Shown here in pieces: positions 35,681 through 37,485 of a stretch of DNA of 37,485 nucleotides. Each line of letters starts with the position of its first letter. Within the stretch, counting starts at the first letter, position 1. A program made the translations under genes and the position numbers. The stretch is from a virus (Duplodnaviria; Caudoviricetes): positions 1-37,485 of IMG/VR virus record IMGVR_UViG_3300037419_000329; one strand, 5' to 3'. Under the pieces are notes generated by a model, which worked only from the letters and a program-made list of their open reading frames with translations, was not told where the DNA came from and ran no database searches.

Positions 35681-36432
35681 GGCTGAGCCCCGGCGAGAAC
35701 TGCGCGGCGAGTTGCAACCGCCTCCTTGAACTCGCGGTATGCGTGCTGGTCCTTGGCCTTTTCAATGACCACGATACCGGCCTCCCACACGGCCACCACA
35801 TCCGCATCGGTCGGTGCCGCGTTCACACGCGCAATCCACTTATCGGCCAGAGCGGTATCTAGTTCGGCCTTGGCGCCGTCGTCGTCCTGCTCTTTGGTTG
35901 CCAGACCGGTTGCCGCCAGGAGCGTATAGCGCTGCAAGTAGGTGACGGCCGACGCCATCTGCTGGATGTTGTTCTTCTTGCCCGAGTCGTCCTTTGCCGC
36001 GGTCAGCGTGGTGCGCTCGCTGTGGCCCATGCGGTGCGTAAGGATGCACGTGACGATGACGTTGCTGCCCTGCTGCTCGGTGTCCCAGCGATGACTGAAG
36101 CCGTGCTGCGCCAGACCTTCAACGATAGCGCTCGTAACGTTACCCAACGACGCGTGCGAGTAACCGACGAAGCCGTCTTTGCCGGTATAGCCAACTTGCT
36201 TGTCTTTGATGATCTCGGGCGGGTTGCGCTTGAACTCGGCCATGTCGGCAACGTAAGCCTTGCGAGCCTCGTTCTCCTCGTAGCGCTGCTGCAGGTCCAT
36301 CAGGCGCTCCAGGCGGTCCAGATCCGCACCGCTATCCATTGCATGGCGCAGCAGATCGATTGGCGTTACGGCGCCGGAACCGTGCGCCATGACGGCGGTT
36401 CCTTTCGGCTGCATTTCGATTACGTCGTTCAT
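35677..36432 (-). CDS. erf: ERF-family ssDNA-annealing protein
   Basis: L..HG.S...V.C.L.H..GH...Q.MASAVTYLQRYTL.A..GL...DDDG. Confidence 0.88.
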   Translation of the reverse strand: MNDVIEMQPKGTAVMAHGSGAVTPIDLLRHAMDSGADLDRLERLMDLQQRYEENEARKAYVADMAEFKRNPPEIIKDKQVGYTGKDGFVGYSHASLGNVTSAIVEGLAQHGFSHRWDTEQQGSNVIVTCILTHRMGHSERTTLTAAKDDSGKKNNIQQMASAVTYLQRYTLLAATGLATKEQDDDGAKAELDTALADKWIARVNAAPTDADVVAVWEAGIVVIEKAKDQHAYREFKEAVATRRAVLAGAQP

Positions 36433-36539
36433 TTGTTACTCCATTCGGGTACGTTTGCCTCATCCGTCTGCGCCACATCGGCATATGCCAGCAAGAGCAG
36501 CACGAGGAATACGAAGGCTCGGGCAAAGTCTCGGATCAT
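36429..36539 (-). CDS. 36-aa membrane peptide
   Basis: MIRDFARAFVFLVLLLLAYADV...; ATGA overlaps at both ends. Confidence 0.5.
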   Translation of the reverse strand: MIRDFARAFVFLVLLLLAYADVAQTDEANVPEWSNK

Positions 36540-36634
36540 GTCGGCCACCGAAAGATGATCACGACGTCGACAATCGCCAGAAGCAGGAAGCCGGCGAGCT
36601 TGATCTTGGCCGCGAGAAGCTGGCGTTCGTTCAT
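36536..36634 (-). CDS. 32-aa membrane peptide
   Basis: MNERQLLAAKIKLAGFLLLAIVDVVIIFRWPT; ATGA overlaps. Confidence 0.5.
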   Translation of the reverse strand: MNERQLLAAKIKLAGFLLLAIVDVVIIFRWPT

Positions 36635-36807
36635 GGCATCGCCTTTTCGAGCACGCCGGCCAGCACGATCAGGGCCCCCAGCGCGGCGAACATCACGCCC
36701 GGGTGCTGCTCGCACCAGTCCATGCGGTAGAACAGCAGCGTGCCGATCAGGTCGCGGCGCGGCGCGGGCTCGGCATCCTGGCGGCGCGCGATGTTGGCGG
36801 CGATCAT
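36631..36807 (-). CDS. 58-aa membrane protein
   Basis: MIAANIARR...HPGVMFAALGALIVLAGVLEKAMP; ATGA overlaps. Confidence 0.55.
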   Translation of the reverse strand: MIAANIARRQDAEPAPRRDLIGTLLFYRMDWCEQHPGVMFAALGALIVLAGVLEKAMP

Positions 36808-37199
36808 GCCGGCACCATCGCGGCTGTCGGTTCGGCCTCAGTGTCGGCATCCAGCACATAGCGCGACAGGTCATCGATCTGGTTATGCAGGGACTCGATA
36901 CGGTTGCGCGCCCAGCCGGAGTCGATCAGATCAGCATGCTCGCGGAACCATGCAATGACGGTGCGCTGCTTCTCGCGCTCGCTGCTGAACAGGAAGCTTT
37001 CGATGCGAGTGCTCAGTACCTCGACAACTTCACTGGGCGGCAGGCCATCGATTTCGGGCTCATCGTCAAACGTCTGGCTCAATACCTTCCCGTTCGATGC
37101 GCGGAGCACTACGTGCCATTGCTGATCGTTGGACAGCAGGTTGAATCGGCCCTTTTCTTTGTAGTAGCTCGCGCTCAGCGGCTTGTTTGCGGTTTCCAT
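36804..37199 (-). CDS. Hypothetical protein, first visible gene of the leftward operon
   Basis: GAGGAG RBS, ATG 37199. Confidence 0.65.
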   Translation of the reverse strand: METANKPLSASYYKEKGRFNLLSNDQQWHVVLRASNGKVLSQTFDDEPEIDGLPPSEVVEVLSTRIESFLFSSEREKQRTVIAWFREHADLIDSGWARNRIESLHNQIDDLSRYVLDADTEAEPTAAMVPA

Positions 37200-37242
37200 C
37201 CCTGCTCCTCGTTCTGGCCGGCGCCGCCGGCGGTTGGTTTAT

Positions 37243-37461
37243 TGGTGTGGTGGCCGGTGCTGAGCTCCGGCTTGCTGCCGCGCGATGTGACGGCGGTAGG
37301 CGCAGGGCTCGCCGCACGAACTACTTGCCCCATCTATACGGACCCGGATGCTTGTTTCCGCCCTATGCTGATCGGGCCGATCCCTGCCTTGAGCGATGCC
37401 TCGCCTTGGCCGCATCCACGCTTTCTAGTCGCTCGCCGGTCAGTACCCGGCATTCACCACA
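37243..37461 (-). ncRNA. Putative tRNA-shaped structured RNA
   Basis: 7-bp terminal stem TGTGGTG/CACCACA followed by CCA, with D-like and T-like GCCGG/CCGGC hairpins around a ~160-nt structured insert; no credible ORF. Confidence 0.55.
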
Positions 37462-37485
37462 GAGCCATGGGCTGGGCGCTACTCC

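Larger units (their letters stand above)
1..37485. mobile_element. Temperate P22-like podophage genome (partial, excised/circularly permuted; immunity region absent)
   Basis: Replication, late, virion, lysis, attP, int and recombination modules in order; lysis genes sit directly next to attP and int; no host genes seen. Confidence 0.95.

Overview
The whole window is most of a GC-rich temperate, P22-like podovirus genome (host probably a betaproteobacterium; inference). It is read from inside the early-right operon round to the start of the early-left operon, and the repressor/cro region lies outside the window. Plus strand, in order: HNH nuclease, replication initiator and DnaC-like loader, nin-type genes with NinG, Q-like antiterminator and late promoter with terminators. 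Next come an unusual five-gene fibre/lectin-like module and a phage GroES placed before the terminase. These are followed by TerS/TerL, portal, scaffold, coat, decoration protein, tail adaptor/hub/needle, three ejection proteins, tailspike, holin, endolysin and Rz/Rz1. An intact attP follows. It carries the 5' half of a tRNA-Arg(UCU), a replacement promoter and four arm-type repeats, so this is the excised or virion form. Minus strand: integrase, excisionase, Ea-type accessory genes, a PAPS-reductase-family protein, YqaJ exonuclease, ERF annealase, tiny membrane peptides, and a ~220-nt tRNA-shaped non-coding element. The best candidates for undescribed biology are the pre-terminase fibre module with its 72-bp repeat protein and GroES, the tRNA-like RNA at 37243-37461, and the tRNA promoter-swap attP. 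All family assignments come from motif recognition by eye, not database searches.
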